DNA of 33,769 nucleotides from an uncultured Oscillospiraceae bacterium (GTDB taxonomy: Bacteria > Bacillota > Clostridia > Oscillospirales > Acutalibacteraceae): the NCBI GenBank assembly GCA_900556765.1, contig USQH01000001.1:1-33769 (forward strand). The letters run 5' to 3'. The notes under the pieces are model-generated. The model worked only from the letters and a program-made list of their open reading frames with translations. It had not been told where the DNA came from and searched no databases. Below are positions 23,498 through 33,259 of the stretch, piece after piece (within the stretch, counting starts at the first letter, position 1; each line of letters starts with the position of its first letter). The position numbers were made by a program, and so were the translations under genes.

Positions 23498-24601
23498 ATG
23501 AAATTTACCTGTGACAGAGACACGATCTGCGAAGCGGCAAGCCACGTATCACGCGTTGTTTCTCAGAAAACCGCCGTTACCGCCCTTTCGGGCATTCTTT
23601 TCACAGCCGACCGCGGCAAGGTAACCCTCTGCGGCTACGATCTCGAGACCGGCATGGAGACCGCCGTCGACGGCACTATCGAGGAAAGCGGAAGAGTGAT
23701 ACTGGACGCAAAGCTTTTCTGCGACATCGTCCGCCGTCTGCCCGAGGAAAAGATCACCGTCGCCATTGACGAGCGGCTGATGTGCAAGATCACCTCCGGC
23801 AATTCCAAATTTTCGCTTGTCGGCATCAATCCCGACGAATATCCCGAGCTGCCTCAGGTGCTTAACGCACAGTCGCTCTCCATTCCTGCCGAAATGCTCA
23901 GCTCTATGGTCAGACAAACCATCTTTTCAACCGCCATTCCCGGCGACACAAAGCCGGTTCACACCGGACTTTTGTACGAGATTGAGAACGGTATGCTGAA
24001 AATAATCGGCGTCGACGGTTTCCGCGTCGCCATGCGTCAGGAAAAGATCAACTTTGACGGCAGAATGAGATTTATCGTTCCCGCGCGTGCAATGAGTGAG
24101 GTTGTGCGCCTGCTCGACACCGACGAGGATGTAAAGATCGCCATGTCAAAGCGCCACATCATCTTCACCGTCGGTGATTTCACTATCATATCGCGCCTGC
24201 TTGACGGCGATTTTCTGGACTACGAGCGTGTTTTGCCGGAGAGCATTGAGACCTCCGCAGTCATTGACACCCGTATGCTTATCGACACCGTCGAGCGCGT
24301 CAGCCAGGTCATTATCGACAAGGATCGCCGCCGCACACCGGTCAAGTGCAATCTGACCGACGGGCTGTTTATCGCCACCTGCACCACCGACGCCGGTAGT
24401 GCGTCCGACGAAATACCGATTGATATGGACGGCGTGCCTATCGAAATCGGATTTAACTACCGCTATCTTTTGGAGGCTTTGCGCGCGACCGAGACCGACA
24501 AGATCGTTTTGCAGTTCCATTCACCGATAAAACCTCTGCTTATCCGTCCGATTGACGGCGACAGCTTCCTTTATATCGTACTGCCGGTGAGAATGAAATG
24601 A
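23498..24601 (+). CDS. dnaN: DNA polymerase III beta sliding clamp
   Basis: GAGGAG RBS. A 367-aa three-domain beta-clamp sequence (MKFTCDRD...LPVRMK) in the position after dnaA. Confidence 0.95.
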   Translation: MKFTCDRDTICEAASHVSRVVSQKTAVTALSGILFTADRGKVTLCGYDLETGMETAVDGTIEESGRVILDAKLFCDIVRRLPEEKITVAIDERLMCKITSGNSKFSLVGINPDEYPELPQVLNAQSLSIPAEMLSSMVRQTIFSTAIPGDTKPVHTGLLYEIENGMLKIIGVDGFRVAMRQEKINFDGRMRFIVPARAMSEVVRLLDTDEDVKIAMSKRHIIFTVGDFTIISRLLDGDFLDYERVLPESIETSAVIDTRMLIDTVERVSQVIIDKDRRRTPVKCNLTDGLFIATCTTDAGSASDEIPIDMDGVPIEIGFNYRYLLEALRATETDKIVLQFHSPIKPLLIRPIDGDSFLYIVLPVRMK

Positions 24602-24810
24602 ACGAAATAAGAATTACTACCGAATTTATACGGCTTGACAGCTTTTTAAAGCTTGCGAACGCGGTCGGCAGCGGCGGTCAGGCAAAGATGCTCATTCAGG
24701 ACGGTCAGGTCACTGTTAACGGCGAGGTATGCACCATGCGCGGAAAGAAGCTGTACGGCGGCGAAAAGGTTGAGTTTGACGGCGAGACCTTTTCGGTCGT
24801 AAAGGAATGA
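24598..24810 (+). CDS. yaaA: S4-domain RNA-binding protein YaaA
   Basis: A 70-aa S4-like sequence (IRLDSFLKLANAVGSGGQAKMLIQDGQVTVNGEV). Its ATGA overlaps the dnaN stop. Conserved position. Confidence 0.85.
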   Translation: MNEIRITTEFIRLDSFLKLANAVGSGGQAKMLIQDGQVTVNGEVCTMRGKKLYGGEKVEFDGETFSVVKE

Positions 24811-24817
24811 GCGCGTT

Positions 24818-25957
24818 ATGATCGTCCGACGGATACGGTTTGACCGATTTCGCAATATCGACAGCGGAGACGTTTCGTTTTGCGACGGTATAAACGTCAT
24901 CTACGGTGAAAACGCACAGGGAAAAACCAATATTTTGGAGGCGTTGTGGCTCTTTACCGGTGCGAAAAGCTTTCGCGCGGCAAAGGAAAGTGAGCTTGTC
25001 GCCTACGACAAAAGCAGTGCTGAGCTGAAGCTCGATTTTTTTGCCGAAAATCGCGAACAGTCTGCCGAAATTACCGTCGGTGAGGGCAAGCACGCGTCAT
25101 TGAACGGGATCGAGAGAGGCAGTGTGTCCAAATTCGGCGGCATGATAAAGGGCGTCATATTTTCGCCCGATCACCTGAGCCTGATAAAGGACGGACCTGC
25201 CGCACGCCGCCGTTTCATCGATGCCGCCGTAATTCAGCTAAAGAGCGGCTATGCATCGCTGCTCGCAAAATATAACCGTGCAGTCACACAGCGAAATTCG
25301 GTGCTGCGTGACGTGCGCTTTCATGCCGATTTGTTGGCGATTCTCGACGCTTATGAGCGTCAGGTCGCACTGCTCGGCGCAAAGATAATACGCCACCGAC
25401 TGCGCTATTTGCAGCTTATCAATAAATACGCGCCCGACATATACAGCGGTCTGTCGGGCGGCAGAGAAAGCATAGGCATAGCCTATATCCGCGATTGTGC
25501 CGAGTCGAATGACGAGCCGGACAGGATATTGCCCGACGGCGAGCTGCCGAGCGCGGAGAGCATTGCCGCCGACCTGTTCGAGCGGCTGAAAGCCTGCCGC
25601 GATGCCGATATTCTGAGCGGAGTGACCTCGGTCGGACCGCACAGAGACGACCTTTTGATAACTATCAACGGGCGTGCGGCGCGCCGTTTCGGCTCTCAGG
25701 GACAGCAGCGCTCCTGTGTGCTGACGCTGAAGCTGTGCGAGGCATCGGTGCTGTTTGAAACGGCCGGCGAGCAGCCGCTTATATTGCTCGACGACGTGAT
25801 GAGCGAGCTGGATGAACAGCGCCAGGACTATATTCTGAACCACATTGGCAACCGACAGGTGTTTATCACCTGCTGTGATAAAAATACGATCGACAAGCTG
25901 AAACGCGGACGTGCCTTTTTGATCGAAAACGGACGCATACAGCCTGACGGAGAGTGA
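24818..25957 (+). CDS. recF: DNA replication/repair protein RecF
   Basis: Walker A GENAQGKTNILEA, signature GSQGQQRS and Walker B LILLDDVMSELD. Confidence 0.95.
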   Translation: MIVRRIRFDRFRNIDSGDVSFCDGINVIYGENAQGKTNILEALWLFTGAKSFRAAKESELVAYDKSSAELKLDFFAENREQSAEITVGEGKHASLNGIERGSVSKFGGMIKGVIFSPDHLSLIKDGPAARRRFIDAAVIQLKSGYASLLAKYNRAVTQRNSVLRDVRFHADLLAILDAYERQVALLGAKIIRHRLRYLQLINKYAPDIYSGLSGGRESIGIAYIRDCAESNDEPDRILPDGELPSAESIAADLFERLKACRDADILSGVTSVGPHRDDLLITINGRAARRFGSQGQQRSCVLTLKLCEASVLFETAGEQPLILLDDVMSELDEQRQDYILNHIGNRQVFITCCDKNTIDKLKRGRAFLIENGRIQPDGE

Positions 25958-25960
25958 AAA

Positions 25961-26221
25961 ATGTATCTGCATTTGGGCATGGACACGGTGGTAAGAGACG
26001 AGGACATCATCGGCATTTTCGATATGGACAGCACCACGGTGTCAAAGCGGACACGCGATTTTTTGAATAAGGCACAGCGCGACGGCGACGTTATCAGCGT
26101 TGCGGAGGATCTGCCGCGGTCGTTTGTCGTATGCCGTGACAAAACGCGCAGCAGCGGCCACGCCGTTTATTTGTCCCAAATCACACCCCAGACGTTGATG
26201 CGCCGCGGAAAAAACTTGTGA
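25961..26221 (+). CDS. remB: DUF370 protein (RemB/YaaB-like)
   Basis: The motif IIGIFDMDSTTVSK...R.F is typical of DUF370. Conserved position between recF and gyrB. Confidence 0.8.
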   Translation: MYLHLGMDTVVRDEDIIGIFDMDSTTVSKRTRDFLNKAQRDGDVISVAEDLPRSFVVCRDKTRSSGHAVYLSQITPQTLMRRGKNL

Positions 26222-26281
26222 GAGTTCCGCGGAGAATATTTTTGTAAAAATTCCGAAGCGAAATCTTTATTATAGCCCTGT

Positions 26282-26518
26282 CTCGCAAATTTTTGTGGAA
26301 ACTTTGCCTCGTAAATTTTTGCGGGAACTTCGCCTCGTAAATTTTTGCGGGAACTTCGCCTCGTAAATTTTTGTGAGAGTTCCGTCTCTAAAATGCTTGC
26401 GAAAACGGCATTTTTCGGCGCAGGCAGAGAGTTTCCATTGTCAAATAGGGAAAACGGCTTGCAAGCGCCGAGAGAATTTTGCAAGCGCCCAGGGAATTTT
26501 GCAAGTGCCGCGAGAATT
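26282..26518. repeat. Tandem repeats between remB and gyrB: 26-bp units x4-5 (26282-26411) and 20-bp units x3 (26459-26518)
   Basis: CTCGTAAATTTTTGCGGGAACTTCGC is identical at 26308 and 26334, with variants at 26282, 26360 and 26386. TTGCAAG(C/T)GCCNNGRGAATT occurs at 26459, 26479 and 26499. TTGTGAGAGTTCCG occurs at 26216 and 26371. Confidence 0.9.
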
Positions 26519-26614
26519 TTCATCTAACGGCACACGGTAGGTATCAGAGATTAAAAATTCCGCATTATGCGATATATATACACTACAAATCCACATGATA
26601 AGGAGCATAAAAAG

Positions 26615-28582
26615 GTGAGTAACGAAAACAGCGTAAATAATTTCAACGCGCCGGTCACCGAAAAATACGATGAGTCGTCCATTCAGGTACTGGAGGGACT
26701 TGAGGCGGTCAGAAAGCGCCCCGGTATGTACATCGGTTCGACCGGTGAACGCGGTCTGCACCACCTCGTTTACGAGATCGTGGACAACGCTATCGATGAG
26801 GCTCTTGCCGGCTACTGCACCCATATCGAGGTCGACATTCTGCCCGACGACATCATTCGCGTCACCGATAACGGCCGCGGTATTCCTGTCGGCATCCACC
26901 CCAAAATGGGTATCCCGACCGTGGAAGTGGTATACACCATTCTTCACGCCGGCGGTAAATTCGGCGACGGCGGCTACAAGGTCGCCGGCGGTCTGCACGG
27001 CGTAGGTGCATCGGTCGTAAACGCGCTGAGCGAATATCTTGAGGTTGTCGTACATAACGGCGAGCATATTTACAAGCAGAGGTACGAGCGCGGAAAGGTC
27101 GCCACCAAGCTGAATGTGATCGGCGATACCGACCGCACGGGAACAACCGTCACTTTCAAGCCCGATCCGACCCTTTTCACCGATACCACCGTTTACGATT
27201 TCGACATTCTTGCAAAGCGCCTGCAGGAGCAGTCCTTCCTCAACGCGGGTATAAAAATCACTCTGACCGACCGCCGCGACGAAGATAATGTCCGCAGTGA
27301 AACCTTCCACTACGAGGGCGGTATCAAGAGCTACTGCGAGTACCTGCTTTCAAAGAAGAAAAAGGACGCTCTGCATGAAGATGTCATCTATATGTCCGCC
27401 GCGACCGACACGGCGTCGGCGGAGGTCGCCCTGCAATTCAATACGGGCTACGACACACAGATAATTTCCTTTGCAAATACAATGCATACCATCGACGGAG
27501 GTACGCACGAGTCGGCGTTTAAGACCTCGCTGACCCGTGTTATCAACTCCTATGCTAAAAAATTCAAGTTCTTAAAGGACAGCGATACCAACCTCAAGGG
27601 CGAGGACGTTCAGGAGGGAATGATCGCCGTCGTCAGCGTAAAGCTGGAGGACGCGCAGTTTGAGTCGCAGACAAAGGCAAAGCTGGGCAACACCTCAATG
27701 GGAACGATGGTCAGCCAGATGATCGGCGAGCAGTTTATGGACTATCTGGAGAATAATCCCGCCACAGCAAAGATAATCATAAACAAGACCATTGCATCCG
27801 CGTCCGCCCGTGAGGCGGCGCAAAAGGCGCGCGAGACTTCACGCAGCCGCACCGGACTGGCAAAGGCGCGTATGCCCGAGAAACTGACCGACTGCATATC
27901 GGACGACGTGACAAAGACAGAGCTTTACATCGTCGAGGGAGATTCGGCAGGCGGCTCCGCCTGCGACGGCAGAAACTCGACATATCAGGCAATACTGCCG
28001 CTGTGGGGCAAGATGCTGAACGTCGAAAAGGCGCGTATTGACAAGGTTTTCGGTAATGACAAGCTGACGCCCGTCGTCGTCGCCCTCGGAACGGGAATAG
28101 GCGACGATTTCGACATCGCAAAGCTCAGATATCACAAAATAATCGTTATGGCGGATGCCGACGTTGACGGCGCGCATATTCGCGTGCTGCTGCTGACCTT
28201 CTTTTTCCGCTATATGCCCGAGCTTATCGAGCAGGGACACGTCTTTTTGGCTCAGCCGCCGCTGTTCAAGGTGACGGCAAAGGGGTCAAAGGGTAAAAAC
28301 TTCCGCTACGCCTTCTCCGACGAGGAGCGCGACACATTCATCGAGCAGCTCGGCGGCAGTGAAAAGGTTGACGTACAGCGTTACAAAGGTCTCGGTGAGA
28401 TGGATCCCGAGCAGCTTTGGGAGACCACCATGGATCCCGAAACACGCACAATGCTAAAGGTCGATATGGCCGACGCGGAGGCAGCCGACGCGACATTCAC
28501 CCTGCTGATGGGCGACGAGGTCGAGCCGAGACGCAAATTCATCGAGGACAACGCGCTGAACGTTGTCAATCTTGATATATAA
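26615..28582 (+). CDS. gyrB: DNA gyrase subunit B
   Basis: GHKL ATPase motifs (HHLVYEIVDNAIDEA), Toprim EGDSAGG and PLWGKMLNVEKA. GTG 26615 with AAGGAG 9 nt upstream is preferred over ATG 26567. Confidence 0.93.
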   Translation: MSNENSVNNFNAPVTEKYDESSIQVLEGLEAVRKRPGMYIGSTGERGLHHLVYEIVDNAIDEALAGYCTHIEVDILPDDIIRVTDNGRGIPVGIHPKMGIPTVEVVYTILHAGGKFGDGGYKVAGGLHGVGASVVNALSEYLEVVVHNGEHIYKQRYERGKVATKLNVIGDTDRTGTTVTFKPDPTLFTDTTVYDFDILAKRLQEQSFLNAGIKITLTDRRDEDNVRSETFHYEGGIKSYCEYLLSKKKKDALHEDVIYMSAATDTASAEVALQFNTGYDTQIISFANTMHTIDGGTHESAFKTSLTRVINSYAKKFKFLKDSDTNLKGEDVQEGMIAVVSVKLEDAQFESQTKAKLGNTSMGTMVSQMIGEQFMDYLENNPATAKIIINKTIASASAREAAQKARETSRSRTGLAKARMPEKLTDCISDDVTKTELYIVEGDSAGGSACDGRNSTYQAILPLWGKMLNVEKARIDKVFGNDKLTPVVVALGTGIGDDFDIAKLRYHKIIVMADADVDGAHIRVLLLTFFFRYMPELIEQGHVFLAQPPLFKVTAKGSKGKNFRYAFSDEERDTFIEQLGGSEKVDVQRYKGLGEMDPEQLWETTMDPETRTMLKVDMADAEAADATFTLLMGDEVEPRRKFIEDNALNVVNLDI

Positions 28583-28597
28583 GGAGGCGGACGAGAA

Positions 28598-31210
28598 ATG
28601 GCAAGCAAGGAAACAGTTTACTGGCCCAAGGACGAGGATACCAAGATCGTCCCCGTGGAAATAGTCGAGGAGGTAAGAAAGAGCTTTCTTGACTACGGTA
28701 TGTCGGTCATAGTCAGCCGTGCGCTGCCTGATGTGCGCGACGGCTTCAAGCCCGTCCACCGCCGCATACTTTATACAATGTACGAAAACAACCTGACGCC
28801 CGACAAGCCCTACCGCAAGTGCGCGGATACGGTCGGTTCGGTGCTCGGACGCTATCATCCGCACGGCGATGCGTCGGTCTACGACGCCATGGTCAGAATG
28901 GCACAGGACTTCTCCCTGCGCTATCCGATGATCGACGGTCACGGTAACTTCGGCTCGATCGACGGTTATCCGGCGGCGGCATACAGGTACACCGAGTCAC
29001 GCATGAACAAGCTGTCGCTGCACATGATGGACGACATCGACAAGGAAACGGTCGATTTTGTATCCAACTATGACGACCGTCTGAAGGAGCCGAGCGTCCT
29101 GCCCTCACGCTTCCCGAACCTGCTGGTAAACGGCTCGCAGGGTATCGCCGTCGGCATGACGACTAATATTCCGCCGCACAACCTCGGTGAGGTCATCGAC
29201 GGTATGTGCTGTCTGATCGACAACCCCGACGCAGGCATTGAGGACCTTTGCCAGTACATAAAAGGCCCGGATTTCCCGACCGGCGGCATTGTTATGGGTA
29301 TGTCGGGCATTCGCGCCGCCTACGCCACCGGACGCGGCAAGATCGTCATGCGCGGAAAGACCGAGATCGAGGAAAAGCACAACGGCAAATTCCGCATTAT
29401 TATCACAGAAATTCCCTACGGCGTTAATAAAAAAGCGCTGGTTAAGTCCATATACGACCTCGCCGTCGAGAAACGCGTCGAGGGCATTGAGGACGTCGTC
29501 GACCATTCGAGCAAGCGCGACGGCGGTATACGCATCGTCGTCGACCTAAAGCGCGACGCAAATCCGCAGGTCGTGCTAAACAAGCTGTTCGCTTATACCC
29601 AGCTCCAAAGCACCTTCGGAGCTATCATGCTGGCTCTGGTAAACGGCAGACCGAAGGTTCTCACGCTCAAGGAGATGCTGCAAAACTACATCGACTTCCA
29701 GTGCGAGGTGGTCGAACGCCGCACCCGTTTCGATCTCAGAAAGGCGGAGGAGCGCGCCCACATTTTAGAGGGACTCAAAAAAGCGCTCGACTTCATTGAC
29801 GAGGTCATCGCCATTCTGCGCTCGTCCAAATCGGTGCCCGAGGGCAAGGAAGCACTCATGGCGCGCTTTGATTTTACCGAAATTCAGGCGACCGCCATCG
29901 TTCAGATGCGTTTGGGACAGCTCACCGGACTGGAACGCGAAAAAATTGAGGAAGAACTGGCGGCTCTGCACGAGAAAATCCGCGAGCTGAAGGAGATACT
30001 TGCCAGCCACGAGCGTATTCTTGACATCGTAAAGACCGAGGCACTCAATATTCGCGACAAGTATGCCGATGACCGCCGTACCGAGATCACCGCAGTCAGC
30101 GGAGATGTCGATATAGAGGATCTGATCCCCGATGAGGAGAACGTCATTACCCTCTCCGAGATGGGCTACATTAAGCGCGTCGTCTCCAACGAATTTGAAA
30201 TACAGAAGCAGGGCGGCAGAGGCCGCAAGGGCGCTACCATGCGCGACGAGGACATGACCAAGTTTATGTTTGTCTGCTCGTCCCACGACCGCCTGCTCTT
30301 CTTCACCAATATGGGCAGAATGTATAAGCTCAAGGCTTACGAAGTGCCGGAGGGCAGCCGCACGGCAAAGGGACTGAACATTGTCAATGTCTTGCCGCTG
30401 CTGCCGGACGAAAAGGTCAGCGTCATGATAAAAGCGAACGACCTGTCCGAGGAGGGCAAGTACCTGTGCATGGTCACCCGTCACGGTATCATCAAGCGCA
30501 CCGAGCTGAATAAGTACGATTCCAACCGCAAGGGCGGCATAAACGCCATCGTCCTCGACGAGGGCGACGAGCTGAAGTGGGTTCAGATGACCAACGGCAG
30601 CGATCAGCTTCTCATCGCCACCCGCGACGGCATGGCAATCCGCTTTAATGAGACCGACTGCCGTCCGATTGGCAGAACGGCGCGCGGCGTAAAGGCGCTC
30701 ACTCTGCGCGAGGGCGACGAGGTGGTCGGAATGGTTGCTGTCGACGATAACAAGACGCTGCTGACCGTTACCGAGACCGGTTTCGGACGCCGCTCCCACT
30801 TCGATAATTACCGCGTCCAGTCGCGCGGCGGCAAGGGTATCATTAACTACCGCACCGCCAAATTCGGCAAGGTCGCGTCGGTGCAGGCGGTCGATCAGAA
30901 CGACGACGCCATACTTATCACCAGCGGCGGCATCGTTATACGATTCTATACCGAAAATGTCAGCGTCATTTCCCGTCCGGGCAAGGGCCTGATCGTTATG
31001 CGCCCCGACGAGGGTACATTTGTTAAGTCGATGGAGCTTGCCGAGCACAGCGACGAGGAGGCTACCGCGGAGATAATCGACGACGGCAGCGCAGCCGACG
31101 GCACCGAGACCGCCGAAGAAGCAGCACAGGCGGCAGACGAGGCGGTTGAAACGATCGAATCGGTCGAAGCGGCTGAAGCGGCTGAAACCGTTGCCGCGCC
31201 TGAAGAATAA
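28598..31210 (+). CDS. gyrA: DNA gyrase subunit A (with about 55-aa acidic C-terminal tail)
   Basis: AAGGAGG RBS, RALPDVRDGFKPVHRRILY, QRDR GRYHPHGDASVYDAMVRMAQ, catalytic Tyr in AAYRYTE, and beta-pinwheel repeats. Confidence 0.95.
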   Translation: MASKETVYWPKDEDTKIVPVEIVEEVRKSFLDYGMSVIVSRALPDVRDGFKPVHRRILYTMYENNLTPDKPYRKCADTVGSVLGRYHPHGDASVYDAMVRMAQDFSLRYPMIDGHGNFGSIDGYPAAAYRYTESRMNKLSLHMMDDIDKETVDFVSNYDDRLKEPSVLPSRFPNLLVNGSQGIAVGMTTNIPPHNLGEVIDGMCCLIDNPDAGIEDLCQYIKGPDFPTGGIVMGMSGIRAAYATGRGKIVMRGKTEIEEKHNGKFRIIITEIPYGVNKKALVKSIYDLAVEKRVEGIEDVVDHSSKRDGGIRIVVDLKRDANPQVVLNKLFAYTQLQSTFGAIMLALVNGRPKVLTLKEMLQNYIDFQCEVVERRTRFDLRKAEERAHILEGLKKALDFIDEVIAILRSSKSVPEGKEALMARFDFTEIQATAIVQMRLGQLTGLEREKIEEELAALHEKIRELKEILASHERILDIVKTEALNIRDKYADDRRTEITAVSGDVDIEDLIPDEENVITLSEMGYIKRVVSNEFEIQKQGGRGRKGATMRDEDMTKFMFVCSSHDRLLFFTNMGRMYKLKAYEVPEGSRTAKGLNIVNVLPLLPDEKVSVMIKANDLSEEGKYLCMVTRHGIIKRTELNKYDSNRKGGINAIVLDEGDELKWVQMTNGSDQLLIATRDGMAIRFNETDCRPIGRTARGVKALTLREGDEVVGMVAVDDNKTLLTVTETGFGRRSHFDNYRVQSRGGKGIINYRTAKFGKVASVQAVDQNDDAILITSGGIVIRFYTENVSVISRPGKGLIVMRPDEGTFVKSMELAEHSDEEATAEIIDDGSAADGTETAEEAAQAADEAVETIESVEAAEAAETVAAPEE

Positions 31211-31215
31211 TCTCC

Positions 31216-31338
31216 GACGCGGTCACACCCAATACCGCAGTGGAGAAATAACATCTGACGCGGTCACACCCGTTACCGCACCCGAGGAATAATCTTCGAC
31301 GCGGTCGCACCCGTTACCACACCTGAGGAATATTATTC
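31216..31338. repeat. Three tandem 41-bp units right after the gyrA stop
   Basis: GACGCGGTC(A/G)CACCC(A/G)(A/T)TACC(G/A)CA... starts at 31216, 31257 and 31298. Confidence 0.9.
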
Positions 31339-31398
31339 GATCCAGCACGGTTCTCAGAGGTTGCCGAACATTATACACTTGACTCGAGGTAAGCAAAA

Positions 31399-31611
31399 AT
31401 GGGCAAGGCACACTGGATACAGCATACCCATCTTTTCAGAGCTGATGAGTACGAATGTTCTGCCTGCAACGCCTTATTTGATAAGCCTTATGTCATCTGT
31501 CCGAACTGCTGTGATCAGATGGGTGGCTGGGTTAAGTATGATGCTTCTTGGGTTGATGAAATGGCGGAATACGACGACATGTTTGGCGACGATGATAATG
31601 ACGACGATTAA
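31399..31611 (+). CDS. Small acidic zinc-ribbon-like protein (70 aa), hypothetical
   Basis: GAGGT lies 8 nt before the ATG. Contains CSAC...CPNCC and ends in an acidic tail DDMFGDDDNDDD. A good terminator follows. Confidence 0.5.
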   Translation: MGKAHWIQHTHLFRADEYECSACNALFDKPYVICPNCCDQMGGWVKYDASWVDEMAEYDDMFGDDDNDDD

Positions 31612-31675
31612 CCTTTGATCAAAGTCAAGCGCTGTTTCAAAAACAATCCAAAACGTAAACAAATTTAAACAAAAG

Positions 31676-31710
31676 GGATCGACCTGTTTTTTGCAGGCCG
31701 ATCCTTTTTA
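31676..31710 (+). terminator. Intrinsic terminator
   Basis: Stem GGATCGACCTG / CAGGCCGATCC (one mismatch), a T6 loop, then T5. Confidence 0.8.
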
Positions 31711-32180
31711 TATAGTAAGATTATTGTATCGTGCGCTTTTATAATGTACGACAGGTTTATAGGGAACGAGTTTTAATCAGTGTTTATACGGAACGGTTTT
31801 TAATGCCGATTGAGACTGCTTAAGCTGTGGAATACATATAATTTTTTTAATAACGAGCAAAGCGACGGCAGACTTCAAAAACAGTTTTTATATCAAACCT
31901 CCTGCTGATACGGTCGAACATTCAATAGTCGGCGCTGTTTTCGTTTGTATTCGCCTTTTTTTGCAAATGCAGTCATTGATATAACAGTATAAGTAACCGC
32001 ATTTCAATTATATAGCACGCCCCTAACCAACAAATACCAATACAATAATATAAGGTTTCCAAGCGGCTTTCACAGCATAAACAAAAAGCGCGGCGTTTTG
32101 TAAAAAACACCGTGCTTTGCATAACAAGAAGCATATAAAGCAGGCGATACGAGGATTTTTGCACCCGTATCGCCGTATAA

Positions 32181-32714
32181 TCATCTTTTTTTCTGCAACG
32201 CCATGAGGTTTTGCAGAATTTTTATCAGAGCGATGACCAAAAATCCGGCAATAACGTACATTATCGCACCGATCAGACTGTCGATTACCGACGATATCAT
32301 CGCTCCTGCTGACGCAACGTCGCCATCTGCGCCGAATATGGCAAGCATATCGCCCACGAATGACACCGGTGCGATCAGAAACAGCACGCAGCTTATCACG
32401 CGCATGACCATGCAGACAGTTTTTCCGGAATCGGAATACAATCCGCTGAGGGAGTTTTCTTCATAGCGATGCGCCGAGTAGCCGTCCAGCGACGGACGCC
32501 GCTCCTCCGTTTCTCCGTCGCCGAAGAACCGCACTGCATCGCCGCCGTTCGCATTGTCCTTTGCCGAATAGTGGCGCACTCCGGTGCCGCTTTCGTTTTT
32601 GTAATCGGTGTAATCGGGACCGTCGTCGGCAGGAGCTTTGCCCTTTTTTCGCGGACGCTCCTCAAAATCGTCGTCAATCACCGAAATGATGTCGTTATCG
32701 TTTTTCTTAGCCAT
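32181..32714 (-). CDS. Hypothetical membrane protein (charged N-terminal half, two C-terminal TM helices)
   Basis: GGAGG RBS on the minus strand before ATG 32714. A hairpin GGCGATACG/CGTATCGCC lies downstream at 32135-32166. Confidence 0.65.
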   Translation of the reverse strand: MAKKNDNDIISVIDDDFEERPRKKGKAPADDGPDYTDYKNESGTGVRHYSAKDNANGGDAVRFFGDGETEERRPSLDGYSAHRYEENSLSGLYSDSGKTVCMVMRVISCVLFLIAPVSFVGDMLAIFGADGDVASAGAMISSVIDSLIGAIMYVIAGFLVIALIKILQNLMALQKKR

Positions 32715-32779
32715 TGGCGGTTCAACCTCCGATAAAATTTAGCCTGATTTTTAAGCGGTTTTGCCTTGCTTTCGCTGCT

Positions 32780-32946
32780 CTCATGCACCGCGCTACGTTC
32801 TCGCATACCGTGCCACATTCTCGCGCACCGTGCTACGTTCTCATGCACCGCGCTACGCTCTCACGCACCGTGCCATGCTCTCACGCACCGTGCCATGCTC
32901 TCATTCACTGTGTGATTGATTTCCACGTTGTGGGCGGTTTTGGCGT
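32780..32946. repeat. Array 1: six exact-register 20-bp units plus a conserved terminal motif
   Basis: Units CTCAYGCACCGYGCYAYGYT span 32780-32899. They are followed by a degenerate unit and then TGATTTCCACGTTGTGGGCG (32927-32946). Confidence 0.9.
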
Positions 32947-33132
32947 TCATGCAGGTCGTACATACCGACACCATCTGCACGAAAATCACACAACGATTGT
33001 GCGCTGATGTACTTTATTTTCACACTGTGCGTACCTTTTTACGCCGTGCGAGTTGTCGACATGAACTATCCCATAATGCCGGTGACCGTTTCCTCTTGAC
33101 AATGGGGGCTTGCCACGCCGCCGAATTGCGTT

Positions 33133-33259
33133 CTCGCATACCGTGCTACGTTCTCACGCACCGCGCTACGTTCTCATGCGCTGTGTCATGCTCTCACGCG
33201 CTGTGTCATGCTCTCACGCACTCTCACGCACCGTGTGACTGATTTCCACGTTGTGGGCG
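33133..33259. repeat. Array 2: four and a half 20-bp units plus the same terminal motif
   Basis: Units span 33133-33222. The identical 20-mer TGATTTCCACGTTGTGGGCG follows at 33240-33259, 313 bp from its copy in array 1. Confidence 0.9.

Noticed and set aside
29765-31048. Long antisense ORFs inside conserved genes (gyrA 29765..31048, dnaA 21528..22379, ogg 14373..15194, recF 25238..25972, gyrB 26441..27310, ATPase 7845..8453, and others)
   Set aside because: These are shadow ORFs, typical of GC-rich coding sequence. The opposite strand encodes unmistakable conserved proteins, and the antisense translations are low-complexity and Arg/Ala-rich.
32714-33242. ORFs translated across repeat arrays (32714..33007, 32916..33242, 6270..6545, 6317..6583, 18717..18992, 18791..18973, 26167..26523, 30946..31411 set)
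   Set aside because: Their repetitive peptides are artefacts of translating tandem DNA repeats. The repeat periods (19, 20, 26 and 41 bp) are not multiples of 3, there are no RBSs, and several overlap real genes.
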